A stretch of DNA of 64,000 nt, taken from assembly GCA_030704615.1 (NCBI GenBank), contig CM060732.1, forward strand, positions 13,330,001 through 13,394,000. The letters are read 5' to 3'. Both the position numbers and the translations under genes were made by a program. The notes under the pieces are model-generated. The model had not been told where the DNA came from. It worked only from the letters and a program-made list of their open reading frames with translations, and searched no databases. The stretch is from Takakia lepidozioides. Lineage: Eukaryota; Plantae; Bryophyta. Each line of letters begins with the position of its first letter. Within the stretch, counting starts at the first letter, position 1. This document shows positions 19,157-37,434 of the stretch, piece by piece.

Positions 19157-20781
19157 AGCAAACATGGGATATACTATTAGTTATAGGTATAAATATTTCT
19201 ATACTCTGGGGTTTAAGAGGCTTGCCCCACAAGTCAGAAGGAGAGCATCATAAATCTTACAGGGCACTAGTTGCAAGGTTACAAGGGATGCCAGGCAGAG
19301 GAATATAACGTCACCAATGTCAGTTTCCCACTGTCTTTCTGTTACACTAGCACAGCCTCACATGAGAGAAACATAATAGATGCTAACATTTAGTCCTTGA
19401 CAAAGCATATGTGTATATGTATGTTCATAAACTTCACCGGTTCCTTAAGAGTTCCCCAAGCCCAACTATAGAATGAAGTTGCAATGTTTTGGGAGCTAAT
19501 GTCTCCGAAGTCTAACTACATGCACAAGCCAAAATTTGGAATTTGGAATATCACTTTAGCAACCTCCTTGGATGTTTGGGTGTAAGCAGGAGATCCTTGG
19601 ATGATCAACCCATCAAGAAAATTTCCTTAAATGCTCTGTATTGAGCATTAGGCTGATATTTCCATCTTTAAATGCCTTTCCTGCACTCATCTGACATCTG
19701 ACCTGAAGAGAAAAGAACCTACACAAATATACATGTATATATATATATATAATGTTGCATTGACAGTAACTGGTGATTCTGTTGGTTTCATTCAAAGTGC
19801 ATTGATGATTTGGTAAACTTGGCAACTCTGAATTGATCGGTGGCGTTCTACATGTGAATTGATAATTGACATGAATGAAGGAATTTTCAGTGGACCCAAC
19901 AAACAGTGGAACTTTTCAAACTGGGCGCATTAGATAATTTCCAGTATATGGTCGGCTTTCTGGAACTATGATGTAAGAATGTCCCACCATACTACCAGAG
20001 ATTCAAAGTTTGCTACCTCATCTGAATACAGGAAAGGAAGACTGTTGAATTTTGTGGATGCACTCTCCACAATCCCTTTCATGTAAAAGTCTCAAAACCT
20101 TTTCTCTTCCACTATTGCATGATAGGATACACATCTGCCACAGGTGAGGCTTCACCGCAGCTTAAACAGAACTGGCGACGTCGAGTTCCTGTTGTCAGAA
20201 AATTGTATCAAGAGGTTTCTTTCCAACAATGTATCAAGCATGGGTTCTGTGCAAGGATTGCTTTGAGTATACATATATCAATAAACTCTGAACTGACATT
20301 TGAGAGAGAAAGGGAAAGATGAGATAGACACATCAAACGTAAACAAGAGCTTTCAAAGATGACAACAAAACCAAGGGAAAAACCTGAAGGGAGGACACAT
20401 GGAAGAAGAAACAGTAAATAGAGGAACAAACCCAGAAGGAATGTTGCCTCATGATTTAGAGAGTCCATCGAAAGAACCGACAATATCCTCTATAACAGGG
20501 ACAAGTTGTTATACCCCACTGACTTTATCATCCTGGGAGAACATATTGTACTTCAGACTGTGGGGTGATCTGATCAGATTTCAGCACTTCTGGCCGAGAG
20601 TGTGCCTTCTACAAGTAAGGACACAGAAATAACATATCCACTTGGATATGAAAATAAGATTTCCTTGATTTTCACCCTAACACTGTCACTTCTCAGTGAA
20701 CTCAGTAACAAAACTAGCGGTGCAAGACCTCATCAAATTTTTGAGAAGGAGCCAGAAGATTTCCGGCGATGTTTTGCGGTG

Positions 20782-25584
<4,803 letters not shown>

Positions 25585-26053
25585 GCTTTCCCGTATCACC
25601 TGGCCTTTCCAACAAACCACCTTCGGCTTCTTTCCTTCTCCCTCTCAGCTGTCTTGTAGCTGTCTTGTCTGCCCTCACTGACTCCTTCCCTCTCTCTCAG
25701 CCATTGGGCCCCAATTATACGACACCATAGAACAAATCATTCCGCAGATCCGGCCTCTTGGTCGTGGTCCAAAAAACTGAATGAAGTCACTTTTCTTCCT
25801 TTCCCAAGAACTGTTTGCACAAAACTGGGGTTGTCGGTAGACCCACTTTTTCACAAAGGCGAGCTCCGACCATCGTTAGTCTCTTCTTGATGGGGTGTGC
25901 AGTTCTTTATGAAGGTCATGGATCGTAGGAGATCGTGCGAGATGGGAAAGGAGGTTTGCTCAATCATGTGCACGCGAGAATGTGAGTGGGCCTTGCAGTG
26001 CGAGGGAGGTCAAGCACTGTCAAGTCCCAAGTCCCAACATGTGGGCACGTTTA

Positions 26054-26143
26054 GTGTGTGTGTGTGTGTGTTCTCGGGCTAGGGATTGAACCTTGGATCT
26101 CCCCTATCCCGATGGGGTGCTCTACCACTGAGCTACCTGTCCC
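26054..26143 (-). mobile_element. tRNA-derived SINE-like element with (CA)n tail
   Basis: Minus strand reads GGGACAGG-TAGCTCAGTGG(A box)-TAGAGCACCCCATCGGGATAGGGGAGATCCAA-GGTTCAATCC(B box)-CTAGCCCGAGAA-(CA)n. The acceptor stem does not pair, so this is not a functional tRNA. Confidence 0.65.
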
Positions 26144-26159
26144 ATTCTGTTCTCAAAAT

Positions 26160-26270
26160 GTCGTGCAAGGGCTATAGCCTTGACACCTCCAATACTCCCC
26201 CTCAAGGCATAGCCTTTATGCTAATGCCCACCCATTCTGACCACCGCCCCAAACCTTGGCTATGATACCA
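26160..26270 (-). mobile_element. TRIM-like fragment (PBS, short internal region, PPT, start of LTR)
   Basis: tRNA-iMet-type PBS TGGTATCATAGCC (26270-26258) and PPT TTGAGGGGGAG (26205-26195) lie about 50 bp apart, followed by TATTGG (degenerate TGTTGG LTR start). Confidence 0.5.
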
Positions 26271-27276
26271 TGTTATAACTCTTTGGCAAGGTACCAAACA
26301 AGGTCATGATCTAAAGTGATTCAGGTCATGGGTTCTCCCGCATCAATTATCTCCAAACACGCGGCTTTAACAGTGGCAATGTGAATGGCTACACTCTCAC
26401 CTTCTCTCATTCTCAAGTCCATGAGCTGTTTCCATAGGACATATGCTTTCCCCATCGCATCTGCCTCATACACCTCACTTAAGGTCTGCCAGACCTCATG
26501 AGCAGTTGTAAGATTCCTTACCAAAACTACCAGCTTTGATCTCATGTTTGTGACCAAAGCTGCCATTGCAAGCTCATTCTTTTGGATCCATCTCTCCTCC
26601 TTCAGGTTATCCTCTGAAGGCTTTTTAGCCACTACTGACCATAGGCTCTTTGAAGAGAGCAGGAGTTGCATCGTGTAGATCCAACTCTTATAGTTGTTGT
26701 CATCCAGTGGCTCAACTGTCCAAGTAGTTGTAACATCTTGTGGGCCCATAACCTGTTGGAAACTAGACCTGTCCTCTACCTCCTAGAGATATTGACAGAT
26801 AGCTTTTAGCACAAGCAGCAGTACAAAAACTGACAGCCTAAACCAACCAAAGAGTTAGTACTAACAAGAAGTGTCAGTCCTAACAAGAATGCTCCTTACT
26901 GCAAAAGAAAAAACTTACAAAAGTAGATGTTGGACTTCTCCTCCTCCTCACTCTGCAATCTACTAGGATAGCACATCCAAAATGCTAGAAGAAGTGTTGG
27001 GCATTGCCTCAACCTTTGCCTTAAATCCTACATGGGTTCTCTAGAAACTTCTAGTGGAAACATGGGGTGGAACCTTCTGGTAGAACTATCCCTAGCCGTC
27101 AAAAAACCCTAACAGAACCCTAGCTAATTAAATCTGAGCTGACTTCTAACACTCCCACTCAGCGAGGATTGAGGCCCAATCAATTCCATGCATCTAGAAT
27201 GCTTTGCTTTGGATAGAGCCTTTGTGAGTGCATCAGCTGCCATATCCTCAGTCCTACAGAAAACCAACTCAATCTC
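26268..27276 (-). mobile_element. Inverted Ty1/copia segment: RNase H 3' end, PPT, LTR (27151-26754), PBS, 5' part of gag
   Basis: 26754-27276 is the reverse complement of about 29514-30039. PBS GGTTATGGGCCCA directly follows the LTR and overlaps the gag ATG at 26749. Gag motifs LDDNNYKSWIYTMQLLL, TAHEVWQTLSEVYE and LRMREGESV, continuing after a frameshift to LPKSYNMV. Confidence 0.9.
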
Positions 27277-30039
27277 AAAGGCAACGTTCTAAGGAGCGAT
27301 GGTGGGGGGGAATTCCTAAATCAGGAATTCAAAAGCTATCTTGCTGAGAAAGGCATAAAGAGCCAAGTAACAGCGAGGGACAGTCCAGCCCAGAATGGAG
27401 TGGCAAAGAGATTAAACAGAACACTGGTTGAGAAGGCTAGATGTATGCTACAGACCTCAGGCCTTGGACCAGAGTTTTGGGGAGAGGCGATCAGCACTGC
27501 CACCTATCTGAAAAATTTGAGTCCCACGCGAGCTTTGAAAGACATGACTCCAGAGGAGGCGTGGAGGAGGAAGAAGCCAAACCTGAAGCATCTAAGAGTT
27601 TTTGGTTGTGCTGCTTATGCATTGATACCTGAAGAGCAAAGGGGCAAGTTGGATGCCAAGTCAGAAAGATGTATCTTCATTGGGTATGATCTGGGATGCA
27701 AGGGGTACAAGGTAAACAATCCTAGAACCAAGAGGTCAATCAGGAGTAGTGATGTCATGTTTGATGAGGATAGTTTTGGGAAGGAGACAAAGCCCAATGA
27801 CCTGTCCGTTCCTGTGATAATCCCTGATATGGGAGAAAAAAAAGGAACAACCAGTACTAAAGGTTTACACTCGAAGGGAGAAGGTGGCGAAGAAACCAGA
27901 AGAGGATGAAGATTCTGAAGATCGGGATCCTATTGACAAGGATGGGGGGCCTAGAAGGTCAGGAAGGATCAACAAACCCCCAGAAAGGTTTGGAGCTAAT
28001 GTGGCAGAAGGACCGACTGGTCTGACTATGGATGACATAGGGCAGATGGAAAGTTGTTTCCATGCCCTTGATGATGCAGAGGAGCCAGCCACCCTCAATG
28101 ACGCTTTGGTAAGGGATGATGCCAATGAGTGGGAGGGAGCTGTACTAGAGGAGATGAAATCTCTGAAAAAAAACTAGACTTGGGATCTGGTAACACTGCC
28201 TGGTGGTAGAAAGGCGGTAGATTGCAAGTGGGTTTTCAAAGTGAAAAGAGGACCCAACAATGAGATAGTGAAGTACAAGGCCAGACTTATGGCCAGAGGC
28301 TTCACACAGACTGCAGGGCTTGACTACAATGAAACTTTTGCCCCGGTGGCAAAGTTCACCTCCATCCGATGTTTACTGGCATTGGCAGCGAAGCATGACT
28401 GGGAGATAGAACACATGGACGTGAAGACTGCATTCTTGAATGGGGATCTCCAAGAGGAGATCTACGTGAAACAACCAGAAGGCTTCCAAGAAGGTGATAA
28501 GGTGTGTCGACTCAAGAAATCGTTATATGGACTCAAACAGGCATCGAGGACATGGTATGAGAAGATCAATAGCTACTTGACAGGCCAAGGTTTTGTAAGG
28601 AGTACAGCTGATCAGAGCATTTACTACATGACATCAGGTGTCATGATAATAGCACTCTATGTGGATGACCTGCTACTGATCAGCGACAACAAGGATACCA
28701 TGCGCAGGCAGAAGCATGATTTGAGTGAATCCTTTGAGATGGTTGATCTTGGAGCCGTGAACTACCTACTTGGAATTCAGATTCTGAGGGACAGGAAGGT
28801 GAGAACTATAAAGTTGAGCCAAGAGAGGTATGTCAGGAATGTTGTTGTGAAGTTTGGTATGCAGGACTGCAAACCAGCACCAACACCATTGGAAACTGGC
28901 TGCAAGCTGAGTAAGGAAATGGAGCCAAAATCTCCAAGTGAGATTGAGGAAATGGCTAAGGTTCCATATCAGCAAGCCATGGGATTTCTGATGTATGCAA
29001 TGATTGGCACCAGGCCAGACATTGCCTATGCAGTGGGAATGATTAGTAAGTTCATGCACAACCCAGGACCTCAGCATTGGAAAGCACTCAAGAGGGTGAT
29101 TAGATATTTGAAAGGGACTGTGGATACATGTCTAACTTACAACAAGCAGGACATTGGAGCATCACTAGAAGGATACAGTGATGCAGATTGGGCAGGAGAC
29201 ATAGATGAGAGGAGATCCATATCTGCCTACTGCTTTGTAATGAATGGAGGTGTTGTGAGCTGGAGCAGCAAAAGACAGCAGACCACTGCTCTATCCTCGA
29301 CTGAATCAGAGTATATGGCTCTGACTCATGCAGCTAAAGAAGCCATTTGGATTCGAAGGCTTCTTGGTGAACTTGGCTTCAGTCAAGAACAGCCAACGAA
29401 AGTGCATGCTGATAACAGGAGCAGCATTGAGTTGAGCAAGAATCCTGTTCATCATACCCGGACCAAGCACATAGATATCAAACATCATTTCATTAGAGAA
29501 ATGATTGGTTTGGAGATTGAGTTGGTTTTCTGTAGGACTGAGGACATGGCAGCTGATGCACTCACAAAGGCTCTATCCAAAGCAAAGCATTCTAGATGCA
29601 TGGAACTGATTGGGTTAAGCCTCAATCCTTGCTGAGTGGGAGTGTTAGAAGTCAGCTCAGATTTAGTTAGCTAGGGTTCTGTTAGGGTTTTTTGACGGCT
29701 AGGGATAGTTCTACTAGAAGGTTCCAGCCCATGTTTCCACTAGAATTTCTAGAGAACCCATGTAGGATTTAAGGCAAAGGTTGAGGCAATGCCCAACACT
29801 TCTTCTAGCATTTTGGATGTGCTATCCTAGTAGATTGCAGAGAGAGGAGGAGGAGAAGTCCAACATCTACTTTTGTAAGTTTTTTCTTTTGCAGTAAGGA
29901 GCATTCTTGTTAGGACTGACACTTCTTGTTAGTACTAACTCTTTGGTTGGTTTAGGCTGTCAGCTTTTGTACTGCTGCTTGTGCTAGAAGCTATCTGTCA
30001 ATATCTCTAGGAGGTAGAGGACAGGTCTAGTTTCCAACA
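27277..30039 (+). mobile_element. Ty1/copia LTR retrotransposon, 5'-truncated: integrase core, RT, RNase H, PPT, 3' LTR (29643-30039)
   Basis: Integrase LRSDGGGEF...QNGVAKRLNRTLVEKARCML; LRVFGC/GKLDAKS/FIGY; RT KYKARLMARGF, MDVKTAFLNG, LKKSLYGLKQ, YVDD; RNase H YSDADWAG, KHIDIKHHFIRE. PPT GAGTGGGAG; LTR TGTT...AACA. There is a frameshift near the A-run at about 27840 and a TAG stop at 28175, so it is non-autonomous. Confidence 0.95.
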
Positions 30040-30902
30040 TTGAGGAGGTTGTGGCAGGCACTAAACACACACACTTACAATGCTAAGCTCCCATGGTAGC
30101 AGAACTTCAGATAAACACCTTTACACTAGTGCCGTGTCAATCTCTATGGGAAATTACAAGCTCTCTTTCCCTTACCTTGAGCTTTGGTTGCTTTGGGCTG
30201 TTTCTCTTTCTTTTGTCTTTCTTCCTCGTCCCATACGCGTTTTGAGCTTCCCGCAGATGTTATGAAGTACCATTTCATTTCATCACAAAACCAACATTGT
30301 GTGCTTAGTGTCTTAGGATGATGCTCTTCCCATGGGCTTCCATTAAAGACTGGCTCCCCAAATGAAGGAGGATAGTGACTTGCCAATGAATGGAGCTTTA
30401 CTCGCAACGTCTTATGCAACACATGTTTCTAACCGAGGCAACTTGAACTACGCCCCTCCTCATTTCCTCACACTGATCAAAGTGGCCAGTAAGCTCCTCA
30501 TGGACAGCCGCAGAGAAGGGGGGAGATTGCCTAAGCAAATCTGCTCTGCATATGGACTATGGACCCTGTCGACTTAACTTGGCTGAGGGAACGAAAGAAG
30601 ACCAGAGAGAAATGAAAGAAGTTAAAGGGAGAGTTGAAGTTCATTTAACGTCCAGCGGATTTACAGAGCCTACTGCTCAACACACAGCCCATTGAGGGGA
30701 CAATGGAAGGCTGAAGGCACATGTTCAAGGATTGAAGAAAGAAAGGAACTTCACAACAGATATGCGATATAGGAGCTGGGAGTCGGGATAACATAAATCA
30801 AGATTGGTGGAGCTTTCTTTGGTCCATAGACACACTGGACCTCCTGTTGCAGTAACAAAATTCTCTTCTTGCTCTTCTTCTTACACCGGCGAAGAAGTTC
30901 AC

Positions 30903-33900
30903 CTATTCACTTCCGACGCTACTATGGTTCATAGCTCCTTTCTCCAGATGCCATAATACCACCTCAGCAAACTTTTGTTGTCTGTGAGACAAGACATGAT
31001 CCAATGTCATGTGAGTGGAAGTAAACCCACCTCCAAACTCCAATGTGGAAACACTAACAACTCATGCAGTCTCAAGTTTTTGTACAAGGTACTCCAACAG
31101 TGAGGGCACAAAGCAGGATCAATCCAAGAGAGGACAAAAGCTTACTTCTTCTCAGTGAGCTTGGGGCTCGGCCGATAATATTTAAGGTATCCATCCCAGG
31201 GAACCTTCTTGATTCCTGCCCCTTCAGCTATCAAATCTCGCACCCTTCCACAGTGAAGTCACTCCACAAATTTGTCACCACATCAAAAACAATCACAATT
31301 CACATTAATGTGGACATACATATCCAGACAGCTGTGAAGCTGACAAAGAAGGACAGCAGCCAGAGCCATTAAGACTTTTACTGCCTCTTAAGCCAGATCT
31401 ATTGAGAGGAGGGCACCACATAATGGCGATTCACAGTGTAATCGGGGTACGGTCTTTCTGGTTTCTTTCTCTAGAAACTTGATAGCTCTTACCCAATTAG
31501 ATGAGCCGATGTACATGCAGTAACTTGCAACTTAGAAGTGGAATGAAATGAGGACCATCTACAGTGGTTACACTCAGCAATCAATTGGACGCTCTCCAAT
31601 GTCAGATACTGACTAAAACATTGTCTGACAAATTTTAGTGAGTACAGGCTGGATGGAAAGTTAAGTTTTCACCTTTCAGCAAACTCAATGGATGTCTCAC
31701 CAGGACGTAAGGTCTGGGGTTCCAAATACCAGACGTCGCACACTACGGCCCATGAAGTCATCAACTTCACCAAATGCATTGTAAATGACTGCCTGCGAAA
31801 CATGACAAGGGTTAGAGTGGTGAGAGGGAGACAGCCCTCAAAATCAGAGATCCAACAATAAAGAGACACAACACAGCAGGTGGGGGGAGGTATACTTTTT
31901 ACTATTCCAAAAGGCGTCCACAAAGATCTTGTTGTATTTTATTGCAATTGGACACACCGCGCAGTCAAGTTCAAATGCCCCCTACAAGGAACCATTCACA
32001 CAACCGATGCCGCTTTCTCAGGACAGATTACATGCTGCACTCCACAAACCAGATTGGCAAAAAGTCTTTCCTAAAAACATCTACATATACCAATGTCAAC
32101 TCTGAATTCAACCGAACATTAAAAGATAGCCACATCTAAAGAGCAGCTTGTAGCCTGCTATTGGAGGGCCCCAAATGTTTTTTCGCAGCCAGGTTTGCCT
32201 CAATTTCAGGTTTGGGTGGTCTTGCGGCTTTACATAGAAAACTTTGTGAACACAAATGCTGCTCCAAAGTGACTTCCCCAGCAATTTTGGGGATGAAACT
32301 GTGTAGCTTGACCACTTTGTGAGAACCACTATTATGTCTATGCACTAAATGAGAAAGCCAAAGTCACTGAGAAAAACCTATTGCCTCCTCTGTCTCTCAT
32401 TGTATGTTAGGGTCTACAGCCACAAGGCTGCGGCAAACGAACTCTTATGAGTACATTCTCTTTGTATGTTAAAAAATTATAATGTGGATGTTATATAATT
32501 TCTTTCTTTCTTTCTCTCAAAGTGGTTACAACCCCGTTCTATCGAATCCATTATGACAAGAAACTCATATTGTATTCTACTCAATGTTGAAAGGACCCTC
32601 ATTACTAAGCAACCAACCCTACAGTGAGATTGTTTTCGGCTTAAGTTGTGCACTAAGCACTATCCTGATCAGGAGAGGGAGTTTCAACCCCCGATAGGTG
32701 AAACCCTACAGTTTCTCTGCAGGAAATGTTTTCTCTAAGGACATCACAACCAACAGTCTGGAAGCAGCTTGTGTATGGGCTCTTTTCCCATCTGCCTCCT
32801 GTAGATGTAGTTTTGGTTGTTCTCTTCTGAAGAAGAGGCCCTCTGTGAAAGCATCAAACACTGTCACTGTGACCTTTAGGGATTTGCAAAAACTGTAGAG
32901 ACCACAATTGAGTTTGTGTTTACTAGTCCCACTGTAAGAGCTCTCTCTCTCATTCTTTGACATGTATTGCAGCTGTGCCCCATGATCATTTGGTCATTTT
33001 ACACATGCTAAGAACCAAAAATACATGGTAAAATGAAGCCCACCTTTTTAAACATGACACAATACTCATTGTTGACACATGTCCCCTCTGGGAATATCAA
33101 TAGTGGGTTCGCGTCTGGATCTTCTACATGCCTCTTCAGCCTGCCAGGGAAGTTTATAAACACTGGTATTAGCAAACCACGTTGTAGCTCATACTAAATT
33201 TCACATTCACATCCACTGGATGTAGGCAAGAAACCTGTTCTCATTTACAACTTCTCAAGAAAAACTCAGGGAACACAATCAACCCTTTTGGCTTAGCCAC
33301 TCACTTTATGAAAATCCCTAACTAGGGTCAACTCAGCCAGAGTTCCCTTTTGAGGTTTTACACACCTGCCACTTCTGTATATTAGAATATTTGTCAAGAT
33401 AGTGATGACTAGGTCTACTTACAGCTGCACTATCCAAATGGAATCTAACTACGGCTGGCTTGCAATCAAATAGATTTTTGGCATATTGGCTGCAAAAAAA
33501 GGGGGGTGGGGGTCCCCGCCGTTGTCGATGACCACAATCAAATTGCAAGTGTCAACCATTTTTCAAAGAGATAGCCCAATAGCTCGAAAGAATTGGTATC
33601 AGCTGTTAGAACTGGAGCTTAGATCAAGTGGGGTCCAGAATCCTTCCTGAAGGAATTAGAACTCCTGTTAACTATGGTAGGAAAAATTAAATGCTTCTTG
33701 AAGGCCTAGATGCACGAAATGTAAGTTAACAAAACCTCCAAAATTGCCAAAACTCTGATCAGAGCATATACATTGCACTTACTTTTGAGAAACAATGGCG
33801 CGGTCTTTGGACTCAGTGCGATTGAACCAAATGCAGCCCAAGCTTTCAAGCACTGTTGTCTGCAGCAAACCTGGCCCCACAGAGTAAAGAGCAAGTCTCA

Positions 33901-36900
33901 AATACACATTTGCATCCATTTCTGCTTGCAAAACCAAAGATCAGAATGTATCCAACACAACCAAATCTCTTGTTTTGCCATGATACTCCCTGTCACCCTC
34001 TCTCACTCTCACTGGCCGAATAAATTTCTTCCCTCGATCCCAGATACAACCAGATCATTTGACTACTGGGAAAGAGAGGCGGTTGCATACTGTTTACTGA
34101 GACAGGGAAAAAATGAGCTCACCCACCCACCCAGGGTGCTTCTGCATAATCACCGCAAAAGCAGTTATTTGCTCCAATATGACAAAGTCAATCATGGATG
34201 TATGATTGGCTACAAACACCTGCCTCATGAACAAATCAATTCATAAATGTCCACAAACTAACAGCATTTAGTACATAGCCAGACATAGAGACACATGACC
34301 TACAACAAATATAGGAACTGTGTCATTCAAGAACAAGACAACTGCTATTCACATGGCACAGCCCTGCAATTTAAGCAACCAGACCCATGAACTTGTGTAC
34401 AGTGGATCATAAAATTCAGAACGTGGAACCTTTAAGTTTTAATATGCAATGCCATTGTCTGAGGAGCTGACAGCAGCCACAGACAGGACAGGTGCCAACG
34501 TTATCCAGATTCATGGAGGCTTAGGCTTCAAACGACTTAGGCCTGTGTTTTCCATACCAACTTGTCACAGCATGCAAAAATGCATAGTTTCTACATTACA
34601 GCATAGTAAGCCCTAGATAGACATGCACTCTAATTGTTACCGATATAATATACTAAACAGGTCCCTTATTTAATATCTTCAACGCACTCTACCTACCTGT
34701 CAAGTTGTCCCAAAAGTCCCTGGTGTATTTGATACATCTTGTATACCCTGAACAAAGTTCAGGATTGGCTCAAGGAATAGAGCCCTACACAGAATCAGGC
34801 TCAAAATAGGTTCCCCATCTAACTCTTAAGACCAAAAGTATCTGACCTGATTAGAACAGTAGTACAAAACTCACAAGCTACATCACGACCAATAGGGTAG
34901 TGCTTACATCATAGTGAGTAGTGCAGAGAAAAGGGAGTAACCTGTTTGGGACGTCTGCTTGGCCGTGGCCCATGGTATTTGACGACGCCTGTCCATGAGG
35001 CCACAAACACCCCGCAGATGAACTCCACCAGACCTCGCTACTCACATCATTTCAGCCACAGAAAAGAATGAGAAAAATGAAATGAAATGTAATCGTACTT
35101 TATAATTACGTTCGTAGGAAGCTGAAAAGAAAGAAGAAAGAAATTATAATGTCCACAGAGGGCCACTTGGGTCCATGGACCAAGTACAGCAACTAAAAAC
35201 CACAACAAACAGTTTTTAGAAGGTCCACAATGTAGTTGCTGCAATAGAGAAACCATGGTAGTTTTTATGCGCTAACATCCCACTGGTACAGCGAGATACC
35301 CCTCTCATTCTAGAATATGCCACTGGTGAGCTGAAGACACCACCCTCTCAGAATTAACTGGAATTTTGATATATTATCTACTGTCTTTTGGTCTCTCACT
35401 GTCTCTGTTTCCCCACAGGTTAGAGGATGAGTCAAGGCTACAGTCAGTAAGGCAAGAAAGGACACGGCTAAAACTGAGCATGCTGGACCTCAGCACAAAT
35501 TTGCTCTTAGATCCATTCCTCTCTTACCAAACACATGGTGTGCAGAGAGTGTCATGGTTCATTGCATTAGCATAGTGTGCATAATTGGAGAGAGCCTTCA
35601 CTAAATAATTCATTGATCCCCCTCCCTAGCTGCCTCTTTGCTCGATTGAACTGGGAGGAGGGTTTTACAGCAACAGAATACATTAAAGTGTAGTCTATCA
35701 CCATCACCCTGGAGCTCTCCTTTAAATTATCATTTTTCGTCAAAATGATGTTGATTCTCCATACTAAAAGTTGAAAAAATGTCCCCAGGAAACCACAGCC
35801 AGGGTTAACTCTTGTAACTCTTGTTAAGGGGATAAGGGGCAAATCTCTCACCTCCAGCTTTTGTCGAAGCCTGTCATTCCCTTTCAACAGAAAGTGAGCT
35901 GGAATAAATATTCCCCAAAAGATTGTCCATCCGACCGCAAGCAGCATAACTCTGTCCACTCACACATTTTCATCAGCACAGCATAAAAGGTAGTGCAACC
36001 TTTATTTTGCAGCTATGACTCCTCTGACCATGGACCACACCATGGAACCTGCAACCTGAGGTGCTGGAATCCCATTGCTCTAGTGCCAGAGAGGTTGGCC
36101 ACAAAACCTTGAGTCACCTGCATTAATCTACCCATGATTAATGGATGAGATTTAATACAGCTGGAGGGAGGGGGCAGAGAGTGTGAAGAGAGAGATGATG
36201 AGGGAGGAAACTTCAGCTTACATACAACAAACATGTGCCTCCAATTTGAAGAATAAACAGAGCAGGAACTAAGGCACCAAAGGAAAGGCCGCCCCTAGAA
36301 ATTATTGCCTTCAAATTCGTCCCAAGAGCTTCAGCAAAAGTGCAGAGAGAGACACACACAGAGACAGATACCTGATGGGGAAGAGGATACAATATCGCAC
36401 AACCACTCCCAGGCACCAAAGAGGACCCAAGTACAAATTCCAATTCCATGGTTCTGGCGTATTCGATTTGAAACACCGAGTAAATGAATCCTGCATCGTT
36501 TCCCCATTTTCGTGAGGTTTCAGCCCGGGCCCAAATAGCGAGCAAGGTTCCCCCAACCTTCAATTGTCTAAGCAGCACCACTTCCACAGCTCAGAATGCA
36601 TCAAATACCAGTCCTGAGGGAAAGAGAGAGAGCGAGACAGAAAGAAGTTGAGTCCTCGGGAGGTCAATGGGTGACGAATTGATTTGAGAACGGCCATTAA
36701 CCCGGAGTGCTTGGCGTGCAACACAGCAGTTTGACGAAGACAGATGAGAAAAGTGAAAACCTCACATCAATGATCGCACTCGCAGCCTCCGTCAGCTCGG
36801 GCGAAATGTTGAGGAGGTCACGTCTGTTCGAGGTGAAGGCGAATTCACAGTAACCCTTTCGAATTTTCAGCTCTAGAAAGAAAAAGAAAAAAATCTAGAA

Positions 36901-37252
36901 GGAGAAACGAGGAGGAGAGAGGATTAAGAAGGGGGAGACACAAAAAACAGAGAAGAGGTGCAGAGATGGAAAGAGCTACCACATGTAAAGTTCTATTCAT
37001 TACGATCACCCACAAAACCCATCGATCAAACTGGAATTCAAGTTCAAGGATAAACGAGATGTATGAAGGATACAACAAGAGCTTGTTGTCATCGAGCTCT
37101 TTAACAGGACCGTACTCCTTCGGGGCCGAGTTTCCGGAAAGCAAGTCTTCCACTTGAAGCTGGAACAGATCCACCTCCGATGGCGATGGGCGGAACAGAG
37201 AAGAATCTGGAATCGGAATTCCAGACCTCCCCCTCTTCAACTCACTCGCCAT
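30903..37252 (-). CDS. GPAT9: Glycerol-3-phosphate acyltransferase 9 (ER GPAT), about 405 aa
   Basis: 12 exons: 37252-37074, 36823-36766, 36490-36372, 35951-35852, 35037-34942, 34219-34123, 33870-33783, 33140-33044, 31981-31896, 31792-31673, 31244-31146, 30981-30903 (1218 nt). Motifs DSFTRCFKS..PWNWN, VANHTSMID (HX4D), WFNR, LLIFPEGT, CPIAIKY, KKVPWDGYLKY. Confidence 0.95.
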
Positions 37253-37434
37253 ATCTGCAGTCACTGCCTCCAAAATCCCCAACGACCCAAGTTCCACAGG
37301 AGAGGAAGGAATTGAATCCCTCCCCACACAGCCCAACGCTTTGGAATTATCGAAAACTCCCCAGCCTGAAACCGAGCCTAGCTATTCCAGGCCCCCACCA
37401 TCTCCCTCCTCACCTCCTGCATGCCACCAGGTTT

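Noticed and set aside
26054-26143. Functional tRNA gene
   Set aside because: A and B boxes are present but the acceptor stem does not pair and it ends in (CA)n; called SINE-like instead.
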